Source of the DNA: Mobula hypostoma
Lineage: Eukaryota
Assembly (NCBI RefSeq): GCF_963921235.1
Contig: NC_086097.1
Span: forward strand, 167,278,001-167,342,000
Length of the DNA: 64,000 bases
Reading direction: 5' to 3'
Shown one piece after another: positions 35,536 to 49,419 of this stretch. Position numbers and translations under genes: made by a program. A model generated the notes under the pieces. The model saw nothing but the letters and a program-made list of their open reading frames with translations, ran no database searches and was not told where the DNA came from. Position 1 is the first letter of the stretch. Each line of letters begins with the position of its first letter.

Positions 35536-37194
35536 TCACCATAAAAATAGATGGTTGAGGCCTGTTTGGCTATTCATGAAGGGGCCTTCCATGTTAACCA
35601 CAAGCAAAGCCTTGGGAAGCCTCAACATGGACATTAGGCCTAACGAAATCATATGCCCCTGGATCAACAATAGACAAGGAAAATATTTGGCAATTGGTTT
35701 ATTATTGTCACGTGTACCAAGATGCAATAAGAAGTTTTATTTGCCTACCATGCAGCCAGATAATTCCATGCATAAGTATGACAAGGTAGTAGAAAAGGGA
35801 AATATAATAATAGAATGCAATACATTGTGTTACCATTACAGAGAGAGTGCACTGCAGCTAGGCAATAAGTCTGAAATGCCATTTTTTCTTGATCCAGTTT
35901 TCTTCTTTAACTTTCCATCTATAGTACACTGCTTCCAAACCCTTAGATAGTCCCATCACAAGAATGCCCATTCAGCCCCGTACCCAATCTCTGATTGTTC
36001 TCCATCAAATCTTTACACCTCTAATAAACTCATCAACAACCCTGATTTTCCTCCTCTATAAATCCTTACTTGCCTCTGATAACCTCATTTACAGCCCCTC
36101 TGCTCCATCTTAGCTACTGTCCTGCCTTTAGTAATCTCAATCTACACCATCACCACCTCAAAGTACCCCCCTCAAAACCTCTAACTTCATCAATCAGTCC
36201 CAATGCAGAATATCAACTGTATCTCCATGCCCCAAAGATGCTGCTCGACCCCCTGAGTTCCTCCAATAGATTGTGCCAAACACAGGCAGATGGGACTAGC
36301 TGACATGGGCAAATTGAGTCAAAGGGCCTATTTCCGTTCTATATGACCCTATCATTCTATATGGAGTTCAAGTACAAATCAACTATTATTTCATTGTTAA
36401 GACATTATTTTCAAGCTGAGAGCATTGTTTGCAATCCTAGAATACGTTACTCACTGCTCATACACCTGATAAAGTGTGATACAACTTACTGAGTTGATTC
36501 CTGTTCAGCCAGGGCTGGTAGTTCCACAGACAACTGGAGGTTGCCAACTGCTGAGTGATCAGCACATCACAACCTTCTCTGCATACGGAAACGTAAATGG
36601 AATTTGTGTTATTGCAATGAGTAGTATAGATGAGGTGGTCCCAAAGGCCTGTTTCTGTCTTATATGGCTCTATGGCTCTAGTAACAGTTAAATAGAGATA
36701 ATGTTAATACTTTAACCACTCTTTATAATATTGCTAATTAACTTCCTTATATTTATTTTTATTTTATTTTTATTTATATCCATGTTTATTTTGCCTTAAA
36801 TAAGTTAAATATTCTTAAAAATATCTCTAACTGTTCAAAAGAAATTAAAACAATATGGAAACTTTTGACCAGGGACAGAAAGATGCACAGCAAGAAAAAC
36901 TGTAGAAGATGAAGGTTTATATAATAGTAACTGTTTGGACAACATCTATATATAGATCCCGTGTCTGCTGAGTGTCAGAATTGTTACTAAAGTAGGGAAA
37001 CAAATTTTGAAGTTTGCACATTCTTCCTAAGACAACATGAATTTCCTCTGACTGCTCTTGTTTTCACACAGATCCCAAAGCCTTGAGGGTTGGTAGGTTA
37101 ATTAATGACAGTAAACTGTGCCGCTGAGTGGTAGAATCTGCGGGTAGTTTATTGGAACGTGAGGAGAATAAAATGAGATTAGTCTAAATTTGAA

Positions 37195-37680
37195 TTGCTG
37201 GAGGAACTCAGTGGGTAGAGCATAATCTTTGGAAGAGAAAGAAATTGTCGATGTTTTGAGTAGAGACCTTGCACCAGGACTCAGAATGGAGAGAGAAGGT
37301 AGCTGGTGTAAAGAGGAGAGGGGTGGCCTGAGACCGACAAGGTGTGAGGGGTGATGGGCAGGTGGAGACCAGTGTCACATGGGGACGTGGGAGTACTGGA
37401 GTTGGGAGACATGGGAAGGTGGATGATTGGTCAAATCAATAAGGGAAAAACGGCAGGAAGGGAGAGGGTGATGGCTGAAGGAGGAGAGTGATAAGCAGGG
37501 ATACAAAGTCTTGGGAGAATGTGATAAGTAAGGAAAGTGGTCATTGGAGAAGTGAATGACAAATGGAGCAGATGGGGGAGATAATCCAGTGGGTGAAGTC
37601 TGGAGTTGTAGGTGGATGAAAGGGGAAGGGGAGTGGATGATGAGGGCTGGAAGGAGGCTGGAAAAGAAGCATAATGGCAG
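37195..37680 (-). mobile_element. PLE terminal fragment
   Basis: tgctggaggaactcagtggg...ttgtcgatgttttgagtagagaccttgcaccaggac followed by a purine-rich body. Confidence 0.6.
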
Positions 37681-38497
37681 TGCATAATGATGTGCTGTGA
37701 GGCTCAGTGACTCTATCTCAGTTTTGCACATAGCATAGACAGCATTAAGAAACACCTGGTCAAATGTCTTATTTGTATTTGAATCCAGTACAAGGCACAA
37801 TTGCTATAACCATCTGTATTTAAGAAAAGTGTTTATATTGCTATTTGCTATTGGCATTAAAAGGAAATTAAACAATCTGATCTATACACTGAATGTAGAT
37901 TCCCACATTGCTGTAGAAATATGTCCCTTAAGTAATGTACAGTATAATTTTTTTAATAAAGAAGGCTTTTGACAAGGTTCTGCATGTTGCACTCCATGTA
38001 TTGAGGGCTGCGAACAGCAAGCAAGAAACAGTCATCCCCTTTACCTTTCAAATCATTGCTGAGGACTTCAATCAGGCTTCCTCGAAGAAATGTCTGCCCA
38101 ATTATCATCAACAGTTCATCTCATGGACTGGTGGGCACCCAAATGCCTGTCACTTGCGATTGGAGATAATGGTGATGTCTAATGCCATATTGAGTTGTAA
38201 CTTGACCAACTAATTGTTGATGAATATGCTGACGTACCCTTCTCCTGGGGGCAAAGACAACTTTGAATGTGACCATTCAATTCTTTGAAGGTTTGTTTGA
38301 TGGAGTTTGAAATTTGTCTTTATGTTTTATTGGCCTTCAATAACTTGCTGGTCAAGGTTTAGATTAACGTCTGCTGGGCCACCTCAAATTGAGCTTGCTG
38401 CTGTGGTTGAATTGCACATATCTCCTGCTGAAATTACCATGTTGATATAATACAGCACCTGATTGCTAATTTGTTGTGTTTGCTCACCTATAACTAC

Positions 38498-38738
38498 TGA
38501 TGAGACCCAAAACCAGGAGATAGGTTGAAGCCAGAACTTGAAATAAAGCTTTATTCAGTAAAACCACACAAGTACAAAAACCTCAGAACTCCCTGTACAT
38601 TCCAAAGCAAGAATATTTCAATGATTTACCCAAGAACATTTCAGAAGATTGTAGGAACAATGACCAATTAGTGAAAGTCAGCTTGGGATTAGTTGTCATC
38701 TGACCAATAGACATTGGTTGTTTCAGCTCACCGTAACA
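38498..38738 (-). mobile_element. Probable LTR fragment
   Basis: TG...CA bounded, AATAAA on the minus strand, interrupts the Rex1 element, no clear TSD. Confidence 0.35.
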
Positions 38739-39930
38739 CAGTAGCACTTACATCCACTGTGATGAAGTGCTTTGAGAGGTTGGCGATGAGACATCAAATC
38801 CTGCCCGAGGAACAACTTGGATCTGCTTCAATTTGCCTCCCGTCACAATAGGTCAGCTTCGCACGCTATTTCACTGGCTCTTCACTCAACCCTGCAACAT
38901 CCGGACAGCGAAGACGCATATATCAGGATGCTCTTCATTGACTACAACTCTGCATCCTTCACTACCATTCCCTCAAAACTAATCAATAAGCTTCAAGACC
39001 TTGGCCTCAATGCCTCCTGGTACAACTGGATCCTCAATTTTCTCACTTGCAGACCCCAGCTAGTTTAGATTGGCAACAACATCTCCTGCACAGTCTCTAT
39101 CACGACAGGTGCACCACAAGGCTCTGTACTTACCTCCTTGCTCTACTCACTTTATATTTATGAATGTGTGGCTAAGTACAGCTCCAATGCAATATTTAAG
39201 TTTGCAGATGACACCATTGCCAAACCAAAGGAAGAGACTAATCAACATATAGGAGAGAGATTGAAAATCTGTCTGAGTGATGCCACAACAAGCTCTCGCT
39301 CAATGTCAGCAAGACCAAGGAATTGATTATTAACTTCAAGAGGAGGAAACCAGAGGTCCATGAACCAGTCCTCATCATGGGATCAGAGGTGGAGAGGGTC
39401 AGTAACTTTAAATTCCTTGGCATAACCATTTCAGAGGACTTGTCCTGGGTCCAGCACTTGAGTACCAATACAAAGGAGACATGGCAGTTGCTCTACTTTC
39501 TTAGAAATTCGCAAAGATTCGGCATGTCTTCTAAAACTTTGAGAAATTTCTACAGATGCATGGTCCTTAAATGGAAAAACCTACAAAAAGTATTGGATAC
39601 GGATCAGTCCATCACGGGTAAAGCCCTCCTCACCATTGAGGACATCTACAGGGAGTGCTGTCACAGGAAACCAGCATCCATAATTAAGGACCCCCACAAT
39701 CCAGGCCATGCTCCCTTCTCACAGCTGCCATTAGGAAGGATGTACAAGAATCTTAGTTCCCACAGCAGCAGGTTCAAGCACAATTATTACTCTCAACGAT
39801 CAGGCTCCTGAATCAGAGTGGATAACTTCACTGAACACAACACTGAACTGATTCCACAACCTATAGACTCACTTTCAAGGACTCTACAACTCATGTTCTC
39901 AATATTTATTAGTTGTGTACTTATTATCAT

Positions 39931-40506
39931 TGTAAGGGGTTTCTTCTTTTATGTTACTGAGAAGGCTCATAAAATGGCTTCTTTGTTATGTTAGAATGAA
40001 AATGGCTTTTCTGTAATAATAACTGTGATGTAAGGGGTTCTCTCTCTCTCTGCTTGTTTGGGTTATACTATTGAGAAGACAGGGAATGAACCAGTGAGTG
40101 TCCATGATATTCTGTCTCATATGGCTGGGAACCGTGTGGTTTGGCGGGCTTTCGGGAGGATTCCTAAAGAGGAAGGATGTGCTGGAAGCGCTTTGGTCCA
40201 CCACTGTGGTTGGTCCCGAGCGGCAAGTCGAGGGGATCGAATGGTGGAAAGAGGACCCCGTTAATTGAGTTCCAACGTTTGTGCACGAAGTGGTTGAACT
40301 CTGAGAAGTCTGGCACCTTTTACTTTCCCTTTTATATTGTATCTCTATTAATCACATAGTTCCAGTAAGATTTATAAAGTGTAATCTGTAAATCGTACAT
40401 TGCGTGCTGTCTGATATTTGATGTGTGAGTTTGTACCAGGTGGCGTTACACAGCAGCGATGCAACCATGAGAAATGGTTTGGCAGGCGGACGGGGTTTCC
40501 CCTAGA
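39931..40506 (+). mobile_element. 3'-truncated LTR related to 32382-33108
   Basis: Same 5' end (tgtaaggggtttcttcttttatgtta) and internal blocks, but stops at ttcccctaga without the terminal ~40 bp. Confidence 0.8.
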
Positions 40507-40615
40507 TATTTGTATTTGCACAATTTGTTGTCTTTTGCACATTGGATGTTTGTCCATTCTGTTTCATTCTGATTCAATTCTGTTTCTTGGATTTACTGTG
40601 TATGCTTGCAAGAAA

Positions 40616-43600
40616 TCATTGGGATCTCTTCGGGGGAAGGTGGGACCTGTACAGCTTGGATGGGCTACACCTGAACTCGAGGGGGAGCAATATCCTTGCA
40701 GGTAGGTTTGCTAGCATGGTTCGGGAGGGTTTAAACTAATTTGCAAGGGGGATGGGATCCGGAGCAATAGAGCAGTGGAAGAAATGCATGGAGTAAAGCC
40801 AGATCTAACATATAAAGAGGCTTTGAGGAAAGAGAAGCAGAATAAGGGGTGTAAAGGTAGTAAGGTAGAAGGGCTGAAGTGTGTGTACTTCAATGCAAGA
40901 AGCATCAGGAACAAGGGTGTTGAACTGAGAGCTTGGATACATACATGGAATTATGATGTAGTGGCCATTACAGAGACTTGGCTGGCACCAGGGCAGGAAT
41001 GGATTCTCAATATTCCTGGATTTCAGTCCTTTAAAAGGGATAGAGGGGGGCGGAGGGGGGAAAAGGGGAGGGCGGATGGCATTACTAGTCAGGGATACTA
41101 TTACAGCTACAGAAAGGGTGAAAAATGTTGCAGGATCCTCTCTTGAGTCAGTATGGGTGGAAGTCAGGAACAGGAAGGGAGCAGTTACTCTATTGGGAGT
41201 ATTCTATAGGCCCCCTGGTAGCAGCAGAGATACCGAGGAGCAGATTGGGAGGTAGATTTTGGAAAGGTGCAAAAATAACAGGGTTGTTATCATGGTTCAC
41301 TTTAACTTCCCTAATATTGATTGGCACCTGATTAGTTCCAATGGTTTAGACGGGGCAGAGTTTGTTAAGTGTGTCCAGGACGGATTCCTGTCACAGTATG
41401 TTGACAGGCCGACTGGGGAGAATGCCATTCTAGATCTAGTATTAGGTAACAAACCGGGTCAGGTCACAGATCTCTCAATGGGTGAGCATCTGGGAGACAA
41501 TGACCACCGCTTCCTGGCCTTTAGCATTATCATGGAAAAGGATAGAATTAGAGAGGACAGGAAAATTTTTAATTGGCGGAAGGACAAATTATGAGGCTAT
41601 AAGGTTAGAACTTGTGGGTGTGAATTGGGATAATGTTTTTGCAGGGAAATGTACTATGGACATGTGGTCGATGTTTAGGGATCTCTTGCAGGATGTTAGG
41701 GAAAAATTTGTCCCGGTGAGGAAGATAAAGAATGGTAGGGTGAAGGAACCAGTGACAAGTGAGGTGGAAAATCTAGTCAGATGGAAGAAGGCAGCATACA
41801 TGAGGTTTAGGAAGCAAGGATCAGGTGTGTCTATTAAGGAATATAGGGTAGCAAGAAAGGAGCTTAAGAAGGGGCTGAGAAGAGCAAGAAGGGGGCATGA
41901 GAAGGCCTTGGCGAGTAGGGTAAAGGAAAACTCCAAGGCATTCTTCAAATATGTGAAGAACAAAAGGATGACAGGAGTGAAGGTAGGACTGATTAGAGAT
42001 AAAGGTGGGAAGATGTGCCTGGAGGCTGTGGAAGTGAGCGAGGTCCTCAATGAATACTTCTCTTTGGTATTCACCAATGAGAGGGAACTTGGTGACGGTG
42101 AGGACAATATGAGTGAGGTTGATGTTCTGGAGCATGTTGATATTAGGGGAGAGGAGGTGTTGGAGTTGTTAAAATACATTAGGACGAATAAGTCCGCGGG
42201 GCCTGATGGAATATTCCCCAGGCTGCTCCACGAGGTGAGAGAAGAGATTGCTGAGCCTCTGGCTGGGATCTTTATGTCCTCATTGTCCACAGGAATGGTA
42301 CCGGAGGACTGGAGGGAGGCGAGTGTTGTCCCCTTGTTCAAAAAAGGTAGTAGGGTTAGTCCGGGTAATTATAGACCAGTCAGCCTTACATCTGTGGTGG
42401 GAAAACTGTTGGAAAAGATTCTTAGAGATAGGATCTATAGGCATTTAGAGAATTATGGTCTGATAGGGACAGTCAGCATGGCTCTGTGAAGGGCAGATCG
42501 TGTCTAACAAGCCTGATAGAGTTCTTTGAGGAGGTGACCAGGCGTATAGATGAGGGTAGTGCAGTGGATGTGATCTACATGGATTTTAGTAAGGCATTTG
42601 ACAAGGTTCCACACAGTAGGCTTATTCAGAAAGTCAGAAGGCATGGGATCGAGGGAAGCTTGGCCAGGTTGGATTCAGAATTGGCTTGCCTGCCGAAGGC
42701 AGAGGATTGTGGTGGAGGGAGTACATTCGGATTGGAGGATTGTGACTAGTGGTGTCCCACAAGGATCGGTTCTGGAACCTCTACTTTTCATGATTTTTAT
42801 TAACGACCTGGATGTGGGGGTAGAAAGGTGGGTTGGCAAGTTTTCAGATGACACAAAGGTTGGTGGTGTTGTGGATAGTGTAGAGGATTGTCAAAGATTG
42901 CAGAGAGACATTGATAAGATGCAGAAGTGGGCTGAGAAGTGGCAGATGCAGTTCAACCCAGAGAAGTGTGAGGTGGTACACTTTGGAAGGACAAACTCCA
43001 AGGCAGAGTACAAAGTAAATGGCAAGATACTTGGTAGTGTAGAGGAGCAGAGGGATCTGGGGGTACATGTCCACAGATCCCTGAAAGTTGCCTCACAGGT
43101 AGATAGGGTAGTTAAGAAAGCTTATGGGGTGTTAGCTTTCATAAGTCGAGAGATAGAGTTTAAGAGTCGCGAGGTAATGATGCAGCTCTATAAAACACTG
43201 GTTAGGCCACGTTTGGAGTACTGTATCCAGTTCTGGTCACCTCACTATAGGAGGATGTGGAAGCATTGGGAAGGGTACAGACGAGATTTACCAGGACGCT
43301 GCCTGGTTTAGAGAGTATGTATTATGATCAGAGATTAAGGGAGCTAGGACTTTACTCTTTGGAGAGTAGGAGGATGAGAGGAGACATGATGGAGGTATAC
43401 AAAGTATTAAGAGGAATAGATAGAGTGGACAGCCAGCGCCTCTTCCCCAGGGCACCAAGAGGACATGGCTTTAAGGTAAGGGGTGGGAAGTTCAAGGGGG
43501 ATATTAGAGGAAGATTTTTTACTCAGAGAGTGGTTGGTGCGTGGAATGCACTGCCTGAGTCAGTGGTGGAGGCAGATACACTAATGAAGTTTAAGAGACT

Positions 43601-43719
43601 ACTAGACAGGTATATGGAGGAATTTAAGGTGGGGGGTTATATGGGAGGCAGGGTTTAAGGGTTGGCACAACATTGTGGGCTGAAGCGCCTGTACTGTGCT
43701 GTACTATTCTATGTTCTAT
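40616..43719 (+). mobile_element. Young CR1 LINE (element E), inverted near-copy of D
   Basis: ORF1 tail DGLHLNSRG, EN YFNARS/ITETW, RT in frameshifted ORFs 41482-43658, tail ctgtactattctatgttctat. Confidence 0.95.
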
Positions 43720-43798
43720 ATGAAATTGAATCTCAGGGTTTTGTATGGTGACATATATGTACTTTGATAATAAATTTACTTTGATCTTTGAACTTTGA

Positions 43799-44470
43799 TA
43801 GGTTGGTCCAGAAGGTTAAGGCACAAGTCTCCAGGGTGCGTTGGCAAACTGGATTCAAACTTAGCTTGCTGATAAAAGTAAAAGGCCTCTTTTAATTTTA
43901 AATGGAATTTTTTAATTGAAGTCTGAACAAATGGTATACCATAGTGCTTGGATTTCTGTTTTTTTTAATGTACAAGGACTTGGATGAGAAATAGATAATC
44001 TGGTTAACAATTTTGCAGATGACATGAAAATTGGTGGAGTCATGGATGGCAAAGAAGATACAGTGGGTCATAGGTCAGCTGGAAATTTGAGTGGAGCAGT
44101 AGATGGTGGAATTTAATCCAGACAAATATAACATAATGGACTTTGAAAAGTCAAACCCTGGGAAGAGATATGGAGTAAATGGAAGGGGCCTTAGAACAGT
44201 GATGTACAGAGAAATATGGGATCCAGCTCAATAGGTAATTGAAAGTAAATGATACAGGTAGATAGGATTGTGAAATGGACATTTGATATGCTTTCCTCAT
44301 AGACCAAGACACTGAGTGTAAGAGTTAAGACTTAATGTTGAAACTGTACCAAACAGTAGTTTGACCACATGTGAAGTACAAACGTATTTTGCAATCCACT
44401 CTATTGGAAGAATGCTGTGCCAATAGAGAAAATGAAAGAGATTCATCAGGAATGCAAGGCTGTGGAGTTT
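43799..44470 (+). mobile_element. Old CR1 RT fragment (host of the Rex1 insertion; upstream piece ~37955-37987)
   Basis: KAFDKVLH at 37960-37986 continues as RLVQKVKA at 43800. tttgcagatgacatgaaaattggtgg is the FADD motif. Confidence 0.6.
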
Positions 44471-44494
44471 GGATTGGCGGGGTTTATTCCCACT

Positions 44495-45360
44495 CGAACA
44501 CAAGAGATTCTGCAGATGGTGGAAATACAGAGGTACACATGAAAAATGCTGCAGGAATTCAGCAGGTCAAGCAGCGTCTGTGGAGAGGAACAAACAGTCG
44601 ACGTTTTGGACTGAGACGCTTCATCAGGCAAAACTTGAACAGAAGGGTAAGAAGACAAAATAAGAAGATGAGGGGCAGGGAGGGAGTACAAGCTGTCAGA
44701 TAGTAGGTAAAACAAGGGGAGGGGAAGGTGGGTGGATGGCTGTGGAAGCGGGAGGGGGGATGAAGTGAGAAGCTGAGAAATGATAGATGGAAGCAGTAAA
44801 GGGTTGAAGAAGAAGTAATCTGATAGGAAAGGACAGTGGACCAGGGGAGAAAGGGAAGGAGGACTCCAGAAGGAGATGGCCAAGTGAGGAGAAGAGAAGG
44901 GATAAGAGGGGAGACAGAATGGGGAATGGAATAAAAGAGAACATGGAAGGGAGAGAAATTACTAGATTACCGAAATCGATGTTCATATCATCAGGTTACA
45001 GGCTACTCAGACAGGATATGAGGTGTTGCTCCTCCAAACTGAGAGTGGCCTCATCATGGCATGGAATGGGAATGGGGAGTCAGATTGAAATAGGTGGCCT
45101 CCATGAAATCCCTACTTTTGTGTTGGATGGAGTGAAGGTGCTTGATGAAGTGATCTCTCAATCTACATTGGATCTCACTGATTAGAAGAGGCTGCTCTGG
45201 GAGCACCGGATGCAGTAGATGATCTTGACAGACTCGTAGGTGACGTGTCGTCTCTCCTGGTAGGACTGTTTGTGGCCGTGAATGGTTGTTAAGCAGGAGG
45301 TGCTTGCAGAGATAAATTCCAGGAAGGAGATCAATGGGGAAGGACGAATAGACAAGGGAG
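44495..45360 (-). mobile_element. PLE 3' portion (GIY-YIG and pLTR)
   Basis: cagtcgacgttttggactgagacgcttcatcagg and gatatgaggtgttgctcctccaaactgagagtggcctc. Confidence 0.75.
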
Positions 45361-45877
45361 AACTAGAATGTTAGTGGCTGAGGGATGTCCACATTGAATT
45401 TTACAAAATTATAAGGGGCATGGATAGGACAGGTAGTCAGAGGCATTTTCCTAGGGCAAGGGAATTCAGAACTAGAGAACACATCTTTCAACTGAAAGGG
45501 AAGGTAGTTAAAGGGGATATGAGGAGGAAGTTTTCATACAGAGAGTGGTGATTATCTGGAATGAGCTACCAGAGGAGGTGGTAGAGGCAGATGCAATCAC
45601 AATGTTTGAAAGGAATTTTCAACATATTGGTGAGAAGGCATGCCAGTGTCATAGTTCATTAGGAGTTTGAAAAGATTTGGTATGTCACCAAAGTCCATTG
45701 CAGATTTCTACAGCTGTATCATGAAGATCTTTCCTACTGGTTGCATCACTGCCTTGATATGGAGGCTCTAATGTCAGGATTGAAGGAGGTGTCAGGCAAC
45801 TGTACACTCAGCCAGTTCCATCATGGGCATAATTGAGGGTCCCTTCAAAACACAGTGCCTCAAGAAGGAGTCAAACC

Positions 45878-45953
45878 TGTATCTGTGCACAACTACATAT
45901 CAATTAAATAAAAAAGCACACACACGGGAGATGGCTTTAACTAGTGTATTCAC

Positions 45954-46013
<60 letters not shown>

Positions 46014-48290
46014 ATTGTGCATGCGCAGACAACAGAACATGCGCAGGCAACAGATCAATGCGTAGTGCTGGGGGGGGGCGGGTGGTCATAGCTCTAAAAG
46101 AAATAGGTCAATACATTAATCTGCAGGGGGAGGAAGTGTAATGCAACATTAAACTGTATATATTCAATTTCCCTTTCATAAACCCATATTCCAAATAAAC
46201 ACACTTTCACAATAACAGTCCATAACTAACTTTACTGTTCTAAAGATTCAGTCTTTTGGGTGGTTCTCTGTTTCTTTCTGGATAGTGCATCTGGACCTGT
46301 GGAGGGGCATCAGGTTTGGTTGATGTCTTGTCGAAGTCAACATTCTCAGTTTTCAGTGTCATGTTGCTGTCAGTGACATCATCACTGAGAGGAAAGTTCG
46401 GTGACTGTAATGTGTCCATCTTGTTGGATGTAGCTTACTCAGGTGTGTTCTTCGGTTGAGCATCCTCTATCTGATCCACATAACGTCTCCATGTCTGATC
46501 TCTAATATCCACTGTGTGCAACAGTAGTCTAGTTCTTGTAGTAATCCTACCTGGTGTCCACTTGTCTTCTCTGTAATCATGCACGAGTACGTCCTGTCCA
46601 ATCCCGAAGCTCCTTGCTGCTTCACTTGGCAACTGGCTGAACTGTTTATTCTGCACTTCCCTCCGTAGATCTGATTTCAGCAGGTCTATGTGAGATCTCA
46701 GATTCCTGTTCTGAACAGCACTGCAGGGGTCTGATTTGTCGTCCCATGAACAGAGTTCCAATACACAAAAAGGAAGTTGTCCACCTTGTCTTATAGAGGA
46801 ATGTCCTCCTTGCCCATCACTTTAATAGACTACTTGTGAAGGTTTGGAAAAATCTTTCAGCTAACCCATTCATTGCTGGGGTGGTTAGGAGAAGACTTGA
46901 AATGTCTGATGCCATTTTCCTTCATGAACAGTCTGAGTACTTCTGATGTGTATTGTGGTCTGTTGTCACTCACAATTTGTTCTGGTAAGCCATTTCCGGT
47001 GAAGGTAGTCCTCAGAGTGGAGGCAGTCTTTGCTCAGGTGGTTGACTTCATTGGTCTAACCTCTGGTCACTTTGAATAAGTATCCATGGCAATCAGGAAC
47101 ATGGAGTACATGAATGGCTCAGCAAAGTCAATATGTACTCTGCTTTGGTGAAGACAGCCACTCCCATGGGTGTAATGGTGCCTGTGGGGGTGCATTTTGA
47201 AATTTTTGGTATCCTGGACAGCTCTTAGCCAAATCTTCAATCTGTTTATCCATTCCTGGCCAACACACGTAGCTCCAGGGCAAAACTCTTCATTTTGACT
47301 GTACCCAGGTGTCCTTCATGCAGATACAAGGCCTAAATATGACCTGAGTTGTGACACATTTTCCAGTTTGGTTGCCTGTAGCACTGCTTCAATCTTCTCT
47401 TGTGACTTATGTAAGCCATGCTTGTCAATGACATGTCCACAATATGAGATTTCATTCTTAAAAAACTCACATTTCTCTCCCTTTGCACACAGACCATACT
47501 CACTCAGCCTGGTAAGCACTTTTTAGCCAGTCACCATGATGTCATCAAGGTAATATTGTGTTCCTGGGATATCTTGGAACACTTGGTCCATTGCCCTTTG
47601 CCAAATTGCTGGAATTGATGCGACGCCAAAGACGAGACAATTATACTGGAACAGTCCCTTGTGAGGAACTTCCTGCTTAACTCTCCATTTGCAGATTAGT
47701 TTATGACAAGTCAATCTTTGAAAACCTCTCCTCACCTGCCAAGGATGTAAAAGTGCCTTCTATTTATGGCAGGGGATACTGCACAGTATGCAGCACCAGA
47801 TTGCTACTCTCCTTGAAATCTCCACATCTGTGAACGGCTCTGGCCTTTCCTTTCTTGATCACCGGGACAAATGGACATGGCCCAATCACTCCACTCAATC
47901 TTGGAGAGAATGCCAGATGCCTCCAAGCTCAGCAATTCAGTACCCACTTTAGGATGTAGTGCGCAAGGAACTAGACACATTTTATATAATCTTTGTGTTG
48001 CTGTTTCATCCATTTCATTTCTGGCTTTAACTTCTTTGAGTATACCAATCCCTTCTCAAACACCTTCTCATTAGCATTAAGCAGTTGTGCCAGTCTCTGG
48101 TTAGTGCTACCATTTGGGTTGCCATTGCCTGTTATGTCACATTGAGAGCTTTGAGTGACAGTCTAGTTGGATTTTTCTCAACCATTCACATCCAAAAATT
48201 GCTGGCCCTCCACTTTTCAATACATAAAACTCTAACTGTTGTTTTTGGCTTTCATACAGCACGTTTACTTTCTGTTTGCCTTTGGGAGAC
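45878..48290 (-). mobile_element. Decayed Gypsy-type LTR retrotransposon pol with putative 3' LTR region
   Basis: RT LFQYNCLVFGVASIPAIWQRAMDQ, YYLDDIMVTG and KCEFFKNEISYCGHVID; integrase remnants; C-terminal HYPERNREPPKRLNL* ending near 46240. Confidence 0.8.
45956..46011 (+). repeat. (GA)28 microsatellite
   Basis: Uninterrupted GA dinucleotide run. Confidence 0.95.
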
Positions 48291-48374
48291 ATTTTGTCAC
48301 CTGTGTAGGTCTATAGCATCACTGAGGTCTTCTCTAATGGTATCTTAGGTAACAGTCTGTTGTCGGCAGCCTCA

Positions 48375-48850
48375 GAGGTTATGGACAAAGCTGACCGTGT
48401 GTTGCACAGTTCAGGCATTTTGGCCCATAACAGGGTACCAATCTTTTAATCTTCCCTAAGATCAATCTTACTCCTTCCTCCAACTTTATTTTATCCATAT
48501 GCTTGTCCAAGAATCTTTTAAATGTCCCTAATATATCTGCCTCTGCCACCACTCTTGGCAGCACTCACCACTCCCTTTGCAAAAAAAACCTTTGAAGTTC
48601 CCCCTATACTTTCCTCCATTCAAATTACAAATATGCCTTCTCATGTTAGCCATTTTCTCCCTGGTAAAAAGTCTCTTGCTGTCCATTCTGTCAAGTCACC
48701 TCTCATCCTCCTTCACTCCAAAGAGAAAAGACTTAGCTCACTCAATCTACCATCTTAAGACATGGTGGCTAATCCAGGCAGCATCCTAGGAAATCTCCAC
48801 TTCATCCTCTCTAAGCTTCCACATTATTCCTGTATTGAGAGGACTAGAAC
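48375..48850 (-). mobile_element. Decayed CR1 3' fragment
   Basis: LPRVVAEADILGTFKRFLDKHM on the minus strand. Confidence 0.7.
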
Positions 48851-49419
48851 TTACACTTATCTACTTTTGTAATTTTTTAAAAATCTTGCATTGCTTTACT
48901 GCCACAAAACAACAAATTTTACAAAATATATATCAATGATAATAAATCTGATTCTGATACTTAGTTAGGAAAGGAATGGAGGGATATAATTTAGTTTAGG
49001 CAAAGGGATCAAAATAGATTGGCATCACAGTCAGCATTGATAAGATGGACCAAAAGGGTTTTTTTCTGTGTTGTATGTTCTAACATTTAGTGATTCCATG
49101 ATATAATTTTTTTTTAATTCAGCCAAGCTCACAGATGTTTGACCCTAAGGTCACTCGTACCTTTGTGACCTTCACTTTGTGAGCTTTATCATTCGTTTTT
49201 GTTCTGCTTTCTTTCTCAGCAGCCTGTCACGTTGCATGTGCTGCACATCTGCCAGAGCCTAAATCTGCTGCCTGGACTCATTTGGCGCTAATCGGCAATA
49301 CACCATTAGAAGGAATAAGCCGGTGAGAATCATGTAATATCATCATTGACCTTCTTGAGCATCTGTGCCTCATTCAAGGAGGGTAATGTTCACATTACAT
49401 GGTAGGCGACAGGCACACA

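Larger units (their letters stand above)
37987..43798 (+). mobile_element. Rex1/Babar LINE interrupted by LTR pieces and CR1 E
   Basis: EN remnant IIAEDFNQ, RT remnants (YIRMLFIDYNS, KFADDT, FKFLGITISEDLSW). The 3' UTR is split at 39930, 40506 and 40615, and the tail aataaatttactttgatctttgaactttga ends at 43798. Confidence 0.75.
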
